Below are positions 9,601 through 19,216 of a stretch of DNA of 64,000 nucleotides, in pieces. The position numbers and the translations under genes were made by a program. Every line of letters begins with the position of its first letter. The stretch's first letter is position 1. The stretch lies in the NCBI GenBank assembly GCA_040390725.1, contig JAZJXT010000002.1, forward strand, positions 28,450-92,449, in the 5' to 3' direction. This DNA comes from Patescibacteria group bacterium. Lineage in GTDB: Bacteria > Patescibacteriota > Minisyncoccia > Phycocordibacterales > UBA9973. The notes beneath the pieces were generated by a model that was not told the origin of the DNA, made no database searches, and was given only the letters and a program-made list of their open reading frames with translations.

Positions 9601-11094
9601 ATGAATAATAATTTTCAAAAACTTTTAACTTCCGGGATCATTGTTTCATTATTTTTTGTTTTTTTTGGTTTTTATAATTCCGTCAGCTCGAGCGCCATTG
9701 GACGAGGCTCGGGATATGCTTGGTCTGCCAATGATGGTGACGGCATGGGGTGGCTTTCTTTTAATTGTACTTCGGGTGGAAATTGCGGTGATACAAACTA
9801 TGAAGTTACCGCAGATAGAACCACTGGTGATATGACTGGGTATGCTTGGTCTCCTAATTACGGTTGGATTAAATTTGGAGGTTTGTCAGGCTTCCCGACG
9901 GGCGGAGGCACTACTCCTGCCAATGCAAAGCTTGATTATCATACCGGCATCATGACGGGTTGGGCTAGGTTTTGTTCGGTGGCTGCGACTCCTTCACTTT
10001 GTTCAGGATGGCCTGGAACCAATAATACTAATGGAGGATGGGATGGCTGGGTGAGTTTGAATGGTACTGGATATGGAGTCAGCAAGTCAGGTACTAATTT
10101 TACAGGTTTTGCTTGGGGTGGGGCTGATGTTGTCGGCTGGATTGATTTTTCAAATGTTTCTATACGTTATCCTCACAGTCCTGCTTCGGATCCTTTTGTT
10201 ATTTTGACTGTTAATAATCAGACGAATACTGAAGCAGACCCAGTCTTGGTTAATTCCGGAGAGCCATTTGTGTTGAGGTGGGATAGTGAAAATTCTAGTT
10301 CTTGTAATGGTGATTGGACTACTGATGCATTGACTATGCCGGCAGGGTCAGCGATATTGTCAGTAATTACAGACAAGCCTTTACCGAAAACTTACACCAT
10401 TTCTTGTGTTGGACAATCTGGAACCACTGATAGTGTTGTCAATGTCAGTATTGTGCCTTCTGACGTTGTGAATGCTGTTCCAAAACTTAATTTTTACTCT
10501 TCTCCTAATAATTACGTTCTTCTTCCAAATACTAAAACGACCTTGAAGTGGAATTCAAACGTTGCTATGGCTTGTAAGGCAGATAATGCTATTCAAAATA
10601 TTCGATCATCTTCCTCATGGTCTGGTAATGTAGGTGATTTATCTGCTTCGAATTCTTTCCAAAATTCTCTTGTAGTTGATGTTCCAGACAATACTCCATC
10701 TACCGAATATGGCATAGTTTGTACTGATGAAAGTGGTGCAGAATTTAAAAAGCAGGTTTATGTTTCTCAACAATTCCCTCCTGAAGGATTTAATATCGGA
10801 TATGATGCAGTGGATCCAACATCACATACCACCATGCTTCGCTTGAAAGATATCTTTAATCTTACTAGCAGTGATTGTACTACTACGGCATCCGTAGTAG
10901 GTACTGGATGGGATGGCACCATAAAGAGTGATGGTTCTGAGGTAAAGACTGTGACTGTTCCTGGAAGTGGCGCGACTTATACAGCTACATGTACTGGGTT
11001 GAATTCCGGGCTTCCTGTCATTAGATTTATTTCCTTGAAACAAGACAGTACCGCCGGCTCAACACAAATATCACCTTCATATATTGAACATTAA
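9601..11094 (+). CDS. secreted/membrane-anchored repeat protein (497 aa) with GYAWS...GWI.F repeats
   Basis: Signal anchor LLTSGIIVSLFFVFFGFY. Repeated GYAWSANDGDGMGWLSF / GYAWSPNYGWIKFGG / GFAWGGADVVGWIDFS units. Cys-rich C-terminal half. Confidence 0.55.
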   Translation: MNNNFQKLLTSGIIVSLFFVFFGFYNSVSSSAIGRGSGYAWSANDGDGMGWLSFNCTSGGNCGDTNYEVTADRTTGDMTGYAWSPNYGWIKFGGLSGFPTGGGTTPANAKLDYHTGIMTGWARFCSVAATPSLCSGWPGTNNTNGGWDGWVSLNGTGYGVSKSGTNFTGFAWGGADVVGWIDFSNVSIRYPHSPASDPFVILTVNNQTNTEADPVLVNSGEPFVLRWDSENSSSCNGDWTTDALTMPAGSAILSVITDKPLPKTYTISCVGQSGTTDSVVNVSIVPSDVVNAVPKLNFYSSPNNYVLLPNTKTTLKWNSNVAMACKADNAIQNIRSSSSWSGNVGDLSASNSFQNSLVVDVPDNTPSTEYGIVCTDESGAEFKKQVYVSQQFPPEGFNIGYDAVDPTSHTTMLRLKDIFNLTSSDCTTTASVVGTGWDGTIKSDGSEVKTVTVPGSGATYTATCTGLNSGLPVIRFISLKQDSTAGSTQISPSYIEH

Positions 11095-11186
11095 AAATAG
11101 CATGGTATACTTATTATTATAAAAATAAAATTATTATCAAAAAATTATTAGCCCCGACGCAAGTCGATTAAAATATTAAAAAAATT

Positions 11187-14100
11187 ATGAGTCACAAAAT
11201 AAAAACAGCTTTAAAATCAATATTCGTTCTCTCTATGGTCGTGTTGTCAGCGCATGCTTTTGCAGTATGGACACCGCCACCAGCAGGGATACCTCCAGCC
11301 AACAATACTACGGCTCCTGTGAATGTGGGTTCTGTGACTCAATATAAAACCGGTGGGCTCGTCGTCGGAGGTTTTCGTTCTACTGGGCCTGCATTTTTTG
11401 ATGATACTGTGCAATTCAAACAGGTGACGACTTTGCCTGATTGTACTGCGACTGATTCTAGCGGTAATTTTATATACAAAGGGGCACAAATATACTACAA
11501 CGGCAGTATGGAATTTTGTAATGGAGTTACTTGGTCAGTAGTAGGCACCAAAGATTGGCTGACTACAGCAATGGGCAATATTTACTATACAAATGCCGGC
11601 AATGTAGGTATCGGTACGCAAACTCCAGCTACCAAACTCGACGTAGTGGGAACCATTACATCAACTGGCTTGAATGTCGTAGGCAATACGGCGACAACTG
11701 GTTTGACTACGGGTGCAACTGGGCTCACAGTTAGCGGACCACTTTCTATTCCTGACGGTGCATCAGCAGGGAAGGTTTTGACTTCTGATGCTGCTGGTAC
11801 TGCAACATGGCAAGGCTTAATTGCATCTTGGAGTCTTTCTGGCTCTAGTCTTTTCCCTACAGATTTTGCAAATGACAATGTCGGCATCGGCACTGATAGT
11901 CCTGCTGAACGCTTGCAAGTCAGTGGAGGTAATATTTTGACAGATAATAAATGGGCATTTGAAGCTAAAAATGCTTCGGGTGTAAAAGAGGCTTGGATGT
12001 GGCCTAGATATACTGATAATGTAATGTACACTAATTATGGTGCAAATGGTTGGAATATTCGCGACAACGGTGGAGCTCCTGTTATGTTTATGGACAAGAA
12101 TGATAATGTTGGCTTAGGTAATATTCTTCCAACTAATAAACTTTCTGTGACCGGGAATGCGGACTTCTCGGGTAATGTTGGGATAGGAACAAAAACTCCA
12201 AGCGCTCAGCTTTCTGTACTTGGTAATATTGCGATAGTAAGAGATCCAGGTTTTACAAATTACTCCCCAGGATCATCTTTGTCTCTTGAGTCTTGGAGTG
12301 ATGGAACTTCCACTAGTCATGATGATGATGTAGGGGCACAAGTTAGCGCTGCTGATTGGCTGGCTGGTACTGATGGTGCTCCGGGCACAGATAAAATTGT
12401 AAAGTATGCTTGTCCTTCCGGTAGTGGTGGTAGTACTTATCATAATGATTATTACAGAATTGACCTCGGTTCAGGAGCTTATGATTATCGAAAAATCAGT
12501 GATGTTTTTTGTGTTGCCGGTACAGATAAATTCTCTTTGAGAACCGACAGAGGCAATTTGCAATTTTTAGATACTAATTCTAATCCTAAATTTATTATGA
12601 CTCAGTCAGGTAATGTCGGTATCGGCGTCACTGCTCCTGCTGTAAAGCTTGACGTAAACGGCGCAGTAAAATTCGGCGATGATACTACGATTGTTTGTGA
12701 TACCACTCATCCGCAAAACGCAGGAATACAGAGATATGACAAAGTAGATAATATAATGAAAGCTTGTAACGGCACCACATGGATAGCTGTCGGAGCAAAT
12801 GCTGCACCTTCATCTTCACTCTGGTCTGCAGGTACGGGTGATGATGTTTTCAAAACACTAAATACTGGCAATACTGGTATCGGAACCCAAACTCCAGCAG
12901 CAAAATTGCATTTGAGCGGAGGTAATTTCTTGATGGATAATAGCGCGACTTTGCAAGCTTACAATCACGCTGTGCCGGCGATGATTAATGATTGGATGTG
13001 GCCTAGATACCATGATCCTGTTTCCGGTACTGACATCATGTACACTAATTTTGATGTAAATGGATGGAGCATTCGCAACAATACTGCGCACCCTGTGATG
13101 TTTATGAAAGACAATGGCAATGTCGGTATCAACACAATAAACCCGGTAAACAAGCTTTCAGTTAACGGAGATGTTAATATCGGTGATTCTATAATTCCTG
13201 GAAAGCTCGGTATAAATACCACGACTCCTACTTCTTCTTTGGATGTAAATGGAGACATCACTGCTTCTAGGGGTGTTTCACTTGTGAATAGTTCAGCGCT
13301 TAGTTTTTATTCTGGCACAAAGGGAACAAGTGTATATGAGCTTCCATATTTGCCTGCGACGGGCAATGATACTTGTGGCACTTTAAATTCTGATACTGAT
13401 GGTGATGGCAGTGTTGTTCCAAACAACGATCGTGTCATGTGTGATGGTTTAATTTCAGGACCTAGATGTTATGATCGTGTTCATCAAAGCACTGGAGATG
13501 TGGGCGCTTATGTGACATGTGTGGCTGATGCGGGTACTTATACTATTGCAAACAATACTAATAATTTACAATTTTCAAATGGCACAGGCACTAATGCGGG
13601 TGTCAGAGTCACTTTAGATAAAGACGGCAAGATGGGCGTGGGTACGACGATTCCACAGGCAAAACTCGACGTCAACGGCGGAATTAAATTCGGTTTAGAT
13701 GGCTTGGCTACGGATACTATTTGTACTGTTGCCGGTGTGCAGAGGTACAATGGTGCTATGCAATATTGTGATGGAACAAATTGGGTTCCTGTCGGGTCTC
13801 CTATGTTTTGGAATGTTATCGGTACGGGTTCTGACCTCGCTACTATAAATACTGGTAATGTCGGCATCGGTACGGGCACGAATCCTCCATTAGCAAAGCT
13901 TGATGTAAATGGTGCAGTTAAATTCGGTGATCAAACTGTTGTAAAAGATATTACTACTCCAAATTCAAATGTGCCGGGCTTTCCAAATGTCACTTGTAAT
14001 GTAGCCGGTACCCAGAGATACAATTCTGTTTCTGCAAAGATGGAATCTTGCGATGGTCATTATTGGTCAAGCGTTGGAGATAAATCTCTTTGGAATGCTG

Positions 14101-17100
14101 ACACGACTGGTGTCATGGTTTCTTTGGCTACTCCTGGACAAAAAGTCGGTATCGGCACAGCTACTCCTCATTCTGCTCTCGAAGTTGTCGGTAATTTACA
14201 AATCACAAGCCCTATCAGTGGTCCTAGTTCCAACAGTATAATTTTAGGAAGTGGAAAGTATGACAATTATGGTGGATGGCCTCTTATTCCAATGCTGACA
14301 ACTTCTGGTGATCCATTACCAGCAGACCCTGGATCAAGTGCGGATACTTGTGACAGTAATGAAAATGCTGTATATAGTTGTCCGGATAGTGTTACAAAGA
14401 ATTGTACAGATGTTACTTCGGGTACATTTAAGTCTTCCACTAGTAGTGCTCCTAGGGACGCATGGTATAAGCGAGATGTGTCTTGTGTTTCTCCTGATGA
14501 GCCTTTATATCAAATACAAAATAATTCTGGGGATTTGAAATTCATAAATAATAATGGTCCGCAAGTTACAGTTAATCAAAATGGCAATGTCGGCATAGGC
14601 ACTACCACTGCTCCGGGTGCAAAACTCGATGTAAACGGTGGCATCAAATTCGGCCTTGATGGTTTGGCTACGGATACTACTTGTACTGTTGCCGGTGTGC
14701 AGAGATATAATCCTGCTAATTCAAATGGAATGCAATTTTGTGATGGCTCACACTGGAAAGATGTCGGTTCTCCTGCTACATGGAATGAAGTTGCTGGTGT
14801 GCTTTCTCCATTTACTCTGACAGATAAAATCAGTATTGGTAATGTTGCTCCTTTTGAAATAGATCCAGGCAATGTTTCTTCAAATTCCTCAAATGCTGGA
14901 TTCCTTCGTTTTGGTGATAATTCTGGATGGAAATTCCATTTTGGAAGAGCTAAAGAATCCACTTCTTCCGGTTTCAATACTGACACTACCGGTTCTATTA
15001 TGACGATGCAAGACAATGGCAATGTGGGTATTGGTACTACATCTCCGAAGGCAAAATTTGAAGTTGCAGGAAATAGTGGAGATGACTTAATTAACATTAG
15101 AAATCTTTCTACCAGTCAGCCAAATGCAACTTCTTGGGCATTGCGTCCGGTTACAAATAGTAAGACTGCTTATGCTACAGATTTGCAATTCTTCGAACAC
15201 GGACTAGACGGAGCTAGAGTTACCTTCCAAGGTAATGGTGGAAATGTAGGTATCGGTACGACAAATCCTACCGCTAGGCTCGATGTTGCCGGAGCAGTTA
15301 AATTCGGTGATGAGCACGTAGTTACTACTTGTGATTCTACTACGAATGGTACACAAAGGTATAATAGTTCTGGAGTAATGCAATGGTGTAATGGTGTAAA
15401 CTGGCAGAGTTATGGTAGTGGTGTGGGCTGGATAGCTAATGGCAATGATATTTATAATGGTAACAATGCTGGAAATGTAGGGATAGGCACCGGAGCAACT
15501 CCTGTAAAAAATAAACTTTTTGTTAATGGTGATGTTGGTACTTCTGCTTCTATTATTAGTGGCGGTATGATGTATTTGCAAGGCAATGATTATGAACATT
15601 TAGGTAATTTGAAATATGTCAGCCAAGGAATCTTTCTCGGAGGAGATGGATTGAGTCATGGAGATATTTCATGGCTTCCAAATTCCAATACCCTTAACCT
15701 AGGTACAGGTGATGATCCTACAAAGGCAGCTAATTATCCTGATCAATATGGCCCTGTAAATCTTTCCTTGGGTGGACAAATCAGAATCGGTGGCTCTACT
15801 GCGGTTTTTGATTACAATGGACACAGTGTTACTACTGTCCCTCATCCTCCTACGAAGGGGCAAGTTTTGACAGCGTTAGATTCTACCGGTCTTGCTTCTT
15901 GGCAAGCACCCCAAGCTGGCCCTTGGTCAGTTGTAGGTGATGATATTTCAAATTCAAATACCGGAATGGTTAAAGTGAATGGTTCAATAGCTACAATATT
16001 GGGATTAAATAATAATGCGAACATCAGCCAGTATGATTTGGGAGCAAACAAGATTGGTGCCGCTACTTCTATTTATTCTTATGGACGCATTTGTGCCGGA
16101 AATAATTGGGGAACTTGTGACAGTGCTACTCAGTCCGGTGTAGTTATAGAATCTTCCGGTCAAGGTAAATTTGGAGCCGTTGATATTTCTGGGAATGGGC
16201 CGTCATACTTTGCTGCCGGGAATCTCGGAGTAGGCACAAATTCTCCTAACGCTAAACTTGATGTGAGCGGTGATGTGCAGGTTTCAGATGGTGTTTCTGT
16301 GGTAGATAGCTCAGCGGTTAGTTTTTATTCCGGTGATAAACATATCAACTCTCATACGGATTGGACTAATAAAAGTTCAAATAGTGCGACGCGTACCCCT
16401 GATACTTGTCCTGGTGCTGATACAAAACTTAAATTTGAGTGTATAGGTTCTAATACTGTGAATTCTTGTACAGACACCGCTGATTATCAGGAATATACTT
16501 CCGGACAACTTACCTTTGATGGTTGGGCAACTCGCACAGTTTCTTGTGTGGCTACTACCGGTGTTTATTCTGTAAAGAATAATAATAGCACTTTGCAATT
16601 CTTGAATGATAAAGGCACTGCTAAGTTAACTTTGGATCAAAATGGCAATTTGGGTGTAGGTGGCAATGTTAGTCTAGGGGCTGGCGGTAGTCTTCTTCAG
16701 ACTTCACCATTATACTTACTCGGTGATGCTAATGGATATACTGCTCTTAATTTAGACCCTAGCCAGTACGCCAGCCAGGGTATTCGTTTCGGAGGAGATG
16801 GAAAATCTCACGGAGACATGGCATGGATTCCAGGCTTAAATACATTTTATCTTGGAACAGGAGATAATCCGCAAGATATGCTCACAGGTGTTCCAAATAG
16901 ATACGGTCCGGCTAATCTTACTTTGGCGGGTGCTCTATCTATCGGCGGGCAAATTACAATTGCCGGCGGTTCCCCTGGTGCCGGAAAAGTTTTGACATCA
17001 GACAGTACAGGTAAGGCGACTTGGCAACAGCTCCCTCCTTCATCTGTATCTCCTTGGCTAGTAGGAACGAATCCAAACACACATAATACTACTATTAGTA

Positions 17101-17372
17101 CTGCGGCTAATACTGAAGTTACAGTAAATGGAAATTTGACAATTGCTAATGGCGCTAATGGGGTCCTTACTACTTCGGGAGATATTAACGCTGGTCAGAA
17201 TTTAAATGTTGCAGGAAGTTTAATTTTACTAAAAAAGTGTTACACTAATGATAAAAAAACTACTTTTACTAATTTCTATGGTACTAGTACCCCGAATCTA
17301 TATGGTAGAGCACTTTTTTTAAATGGAGATGGCAGTATTTACCCACAGCATGTAGATGGTTGTGATAACTAA
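11187..17372 (+). CDS. giant secreted tail-fibre-like repeat protein (2061 aa)
   Basis: Signal peptide (LKSIFVLSMVVLSAHAFA). At least 15 'GNVGIGT.TP.AKLDVNG' units. About six copies of the C...G.QRYN...C.G..W..VG module. Large internal duplications (WMWPRY...VMFM twice; GDG.SHGD..W.P..NT..LGTGD..YGP.NL twice; G.VLTSD..G.A.WQ three times). Confidence 0.7.
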   Translation: MSHKIKTALKSIFVLSMVVLSAHAFAVWTPPPAGIPPANNTTAPVNVGSVTQYKTGGLVVGGFRSTGPAFFDDTVQFKQVTTLPDCTATDSSGNFIYKGAQIYYNGSMEFCNGVTWSVVGTKDWLTTAMGNIYYTNAGNVGIGTQTPATKLDVVGTITSTGLNVVGNTATTGLTTGATGLTVSGPLSIPDGASAGKVLTSDAAGTATWQGLIASWSLSGSSLFPTDFANDNVGIGTDSPAERLQVSGGNILTDNKWAFEAKNASGVKEAWMWPRYTDNVMYTNYGANGWNIRDNGGAPVMFMDKNDNVGLGNILPTNKLSVTGNADFSGNVGIGTKTPSAQLSVLGNIAIVRDPGFTNYSPGSSLSLESWSDGTSTSHDDDVGAQVSAADWLAGTDGAPGTDKIVKYACPSGSGGSTYHNDYYRIDLGSGAYDYRKISDVFCVAGTDKFSLRTDRGNLQFLDTNSNPKFIMTQSGNVGIGVTAPAVKLDVNGAVKFGDDTTIVCDTTHPQNAGIQRYDKVDNIMKACNGTTWIAVGANAAPSSSLWSAGTGDDVFKTLNTGNTGIGTQTPAAKLHLSGGNFLMDNSATLQAYNHAVPAMINDWMWPRYHDPVSGTDIMYTNFDVNGWSIRNNTAHPVMFMKDNGNVGINTINPVNKLSVNGDVNIGDSIIPGKLGINTTTPTSSLDVNGDITASRGVSLVNSSALSFYSGTKGTSVYELPYLPATGNDTCGTLNSDTDGDGSVVPNNDRVMCDGLISGPRCYDRVHQSTGDVGAYVTCVADAGTYTIANNTNNLQFSNGTGTNAGVRVTLDKDGKMGVGTTIPQAKLDVNGGIKFGLDGLATDTICTVAGVQRYNGAMQYCDGTNWVPVGSPMFWNVIGTGSDLATINTGNVGIGTGTNPPLAKLDVNGAVKFGDQTVVKDITTPNSNVPGFPNVTCNVAGTQRYNSVSAKMESCDGHYWSSVGDKSLWNADTTGVMVSLATPGQKVGIGTATPHSALEVVGNLQITSPISGPSSNSIILGSGKYDNYGGWPLIPMLTTSGDPLPADPGSSADTCDSNENAVYSCPDSVTKNCTDVTSGTFKSSTSSAPRDAWYKRDVSCVSPDEPLYQIQNNSGDLKFINNNGPQVTVNQNGNVGIGTTTAPGAKLDVNGGIKFGLDGLATDTTCTVAGVQRYNPANSNGMQFCDGSHWKDVGSPATWNEVAGVLSPFTLTDKISIGNVAPFEIDPGNVSSNSSNAGFLRFGDNSGWKFHFGRAKESTSSGFNTDTTGSIMTMQDNGNVGIGTTSPKAKFEVAGNSGDDLINIRNLSTSQPNATSWALRPVTNSKTAYATDLQFFEHGLDGARVTFQGNGGNVGIGTTNPTARLDVAGAVKFGDEHVVTTCDSTTNGTQRYNSSGVMQWCNGVNWQSYGSGVGWIANGNDIYNGNNAGNVGIGTGATPVKNKLFVNGDVGTSASIISGGMMYLQGNDYEHLGNLKYVSQGIFLGGDGLSHGDISWLPNSNTLNLGTGDDPTKAANYPDQYGPVNLSLGGQIRIGGSTAVFDYNGHSVTTVPHPPTKGQVLTALDSTGLASWQAPQAGPWSVVGDDISNSNTGMVKVNGSIATILGLNNNANISQYDLGANKIGAATSIYSYGRICAGNNWGTCDSATQSGVVIESSGQGKFGAVDISGNGPSYFAAGNLGVGTNSPNAKLDVSGDVQVSDGVSVVDSSAVSFYSGDKHINSHTDWTNKSSNSATRTPDTCPGADTKLKFECIGSNTVNSCTDTADYQEYTSGQLTFDGWATRTVSCVATTGVYSVKNNNSTLQFLNDKGTAKLTLDQNGNLGVGGNVSLGAGGSLLQTSPLYLLGDANGYTALNLDPSQYASQGIRFGGDGKSHGDMAWIPGLNTFYLGTGDNPQDMLTGVPNRYGPANLTLAGALSIGGQITIAGGSPGAGKVLTSDSTGKATWQQLPPSSVSPWLVGTNPNTHNTTISTAANTEVTVNGNLTIANGANGVLTTSGDINAGQNLNVAGSLILLKKCYTNDKKTTFTNFYGTSTPNLYGRALFLNGDGSIYPQHVDGCDN

Positions 17373-17420
17373 TTAGCAAGTAGCTCGTAAGGATTTTTCT
17401 TACGCTTGTGTTGTTCTTAC

Positions 17421-17449
17421 AAAAAAATCCCCATGACGGGGATTTTTTT
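17421..17449 (+). terminator. rho-independent terminator after the giant gene
   Basis: aaaaaaatcccc atgac ggggattttttt: perfect stem flanked by an A-run and a T-run (bidirectional). Confidence 0.6.
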
Positions 17450-17463
17450 GGTATAATAAGTGT
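17449..17463 (+). promoter_or_regulatory. extended -10 (TGgTATAAT) abutting the pilB start codon; a leaderless or near-leaderless pilB mRNA is possible
   Basis: tataat at 17452-17457 with TG at 17449-17450; ATG at 17464. Confidence 0.3.
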
Positions 17464-19215
17464 ATGCAAGTAAATGAAGATCAGTTAAAAAAATTTATTT
17501 TGGAAGCAGGGCTTGTGACGCGGACGGATTTGGAAGAAGTCGCAGAGAAAGAGGTAAAGACAAATCAAAAATTTGGCAATATTTTATTGTCAGAAGGAAA
17601 AATTTCTGAAACAGATTTAAAAAGAATGGAAGCTTTGGTTTTAGGAATTCCATTTGTGAATTTGGCAAATGAAAAAATAGATTTTTCTGTTATATCTTTG
17701 GTTCCCGAACCTATCGCTCGCAATCACAATATTATTGCTTATAAAAAAAGTGACAAGGGTCTCGAGGTTGCGATGTTTGATGTGGATGATTTACCTGTGA
17801 TTGATTTCGTAAAGAAACATTCCGGTTTGAAAATATTGCCTAGGCTTACTGATAGTTCTTCTATCAAAACTGCTTTGGCGCAATACGGCAAAACTTTGCA
17901 AATGGAATTTGATGATATTATTCAAAAAGAAAATTCTTCTTTCAAGAAAATAAATGAGATAGAAGATGGTGAGAAATCAGAAAAAGAATTAAAAGAAATG
18001 GCGGAAGATTTGCCTGTGGTAAAAATAGTCGATTCTTTGATTTCTCATGCCATATTGCAGAATGCTTCCGACGTGCATATCGAGCCGGGGGAAAATAATC
18101 TCGTTGTGCGATACCGAATAGACGGTATATTGCATGATGCTATGACTTTGACAAAAAGTGCGGCTAGCGGGGTCACCGCTAGAATAAAAGTTTTAGCCAA
18201 TTTGAAACTAGACGAAAAAAGATTACCTCAAGATGGCAGATTTAAAATAGAAAAAAATGGAGATAAAGTTTCCTTTCGTGTTTCCACCTTGCCGACTTTT
18301 TATGGAGAGAAAACTGTTATTAGAATTTTGAAAGAAGGCGCACATGGATTTTCTTTGGAAGGCCTCGGTTTTCACGGTGAAGGATTGGAGAGGATTCACA
18401 ATTCTTTGAAACAAAGAATAGGTATGGTATTGGCTACGGGCCCTACGGGCTCGGGTAAAACAACAACTCTCTATACGATGCTCGATATTTTAAACAGGCC
18501 GGAAGTGAATATTTCCACCGTTGAAGATCCTATCGAATATCAAATGCCGAGAGTAAATCAAACGCAAGTAAAACCGGAAATAGGAATGACTTTTGCAAAT
18601 GGCTTGCGCAGTTTATTGCGACAAGATCCTGATATAATAATGGTGGGGGAGATACGTGACGGAGAAACTGCCGGACTCGCAGTGAATGCATCTCTTACCG
18701 GGCACTTGGTTCTTTCTACAATCCACACGAATTCTGCTGCGGGTGCGATACCGAGACTTATAGACATGGGAATATTACCATTTTTGATAATTTCTACGGT
18801 AAAAACAATCATAGCTCAGAGGTTGGTGCGTCAGCTTACAGCAAATAAAGAAAAATATTTTTTATCTGCGGATGAAATAAAAAATTTGGCAAAAATTATA
18901 GATTTGGACAGGATGCTCCAAATGTTAAAAAATGAAAAAGTCGTAGGAGTGAAAGACACTTGGGAGAAAATTCCTTTTTATAAAGCAGTACCGAGCAGTG
19001 AAACACCTGACGGGTATTCAAATCGTATAGGTATTCACGAAGTTTTAAAAATGTCTCTGGCTATAAAAGAAATAATTACTCGCGGAGGAAGCCAAGACGA
19101 GATAGAGAAACAAGCAAAAGAAGAAGGCATGATGACAATATTAGAAGATGGAGTTTTCCAGTCAGTCTTGGGCAATACGACACTGGAAGAAGTATTTAGA
19201 GTTGTTTCAGAATAA
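17464..19215 (+). CDS. pilB: type IV pilus assembly ATPase PilB/GspE
   Basis: GspE_N-like N-terminus; Walker A GPTGSGKTTTLY; Asp and His boxes. Confidence 0.9.
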   Translation: MQVNEDQLKKFILEAGLVTRTDLEEVAEKEVKTNQKFGNILLSEGKISETDLKRMEALVLGIPFVNLANEKIDFSVISLVPEPIARNHNIIAYKKSDKGLEVAMFDVDDLPVIDFVKKHSGLKILPRLTDSSSIKTALAQYGKTLQMEFDDIIQKENSSFKKINEIEDGEKSEKELKEMAEDLPVVKIVDSLISHAILQNASDVHIEPGENNLVVRYRIDGILHDAMTLTKSAASGVTARIKVLANLKLDEKRLPQDGRFKIEKNGDKVSFRVSTLPTFYGEKTVIRILKEGAHGFSLEGLGFHGEGLERIHNSLKQRIGMVLATGPTGSGKTTTLYTMLDILNRPEVNISTVEDPIEYQMPRVNQTQVKPEIGMTFANGLRSLLRQDPDIIMVGEIRDGETAGLAVNASLTGHLVLSTIHTNSAAGAIPRLIDMGILPFLIISTVKTIIAQRLVRQLTANKEKYFLSADEIKNLAKIIDLDRMLQMLKNEKVVGVKDTWEKIPFYKAVPSSETPDGYSNRIGIHEVLKMSLAIKEIITRGGSQDEIEKQAKEEGMMTILEDGVFQSVLGNTTLEEVFRVVSE

Positions 19216-19216
19216 A

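Noticed and set aside
11247-15599. Multiple minus-strand ORFs within the giant gene (e.g. 11585-12031, 14576-15097, 15204-15599)
   Set aside because: The plus-strand 2061-aa frame has strong internal repeat structure and a signal peptide; the antisense frames are open because of the Gly/Thr/Asn codon composition.
11187-17372. Possibility that the many ~54-nt-periodic DNA repeats (GNVGIGT-coding) represent a CRISPR array or tandem DNA repeat
   Set aside because: The repeats are degenerate at the DNA level, in-frame within one long ORF, and lack the spacer/repeat regularity of CRISPR; they are protein-level modules.
19148-19216. ORF-track start of pilC at 19148, overlapping pilB by 68 nt
   Set aside because: The canonical PilC N-terminus MKFFYTAKLQNGEIL begins at the ATG at 19217, 2 nt after the pilB stop; the upstream extension lies within pilB coding sequence.
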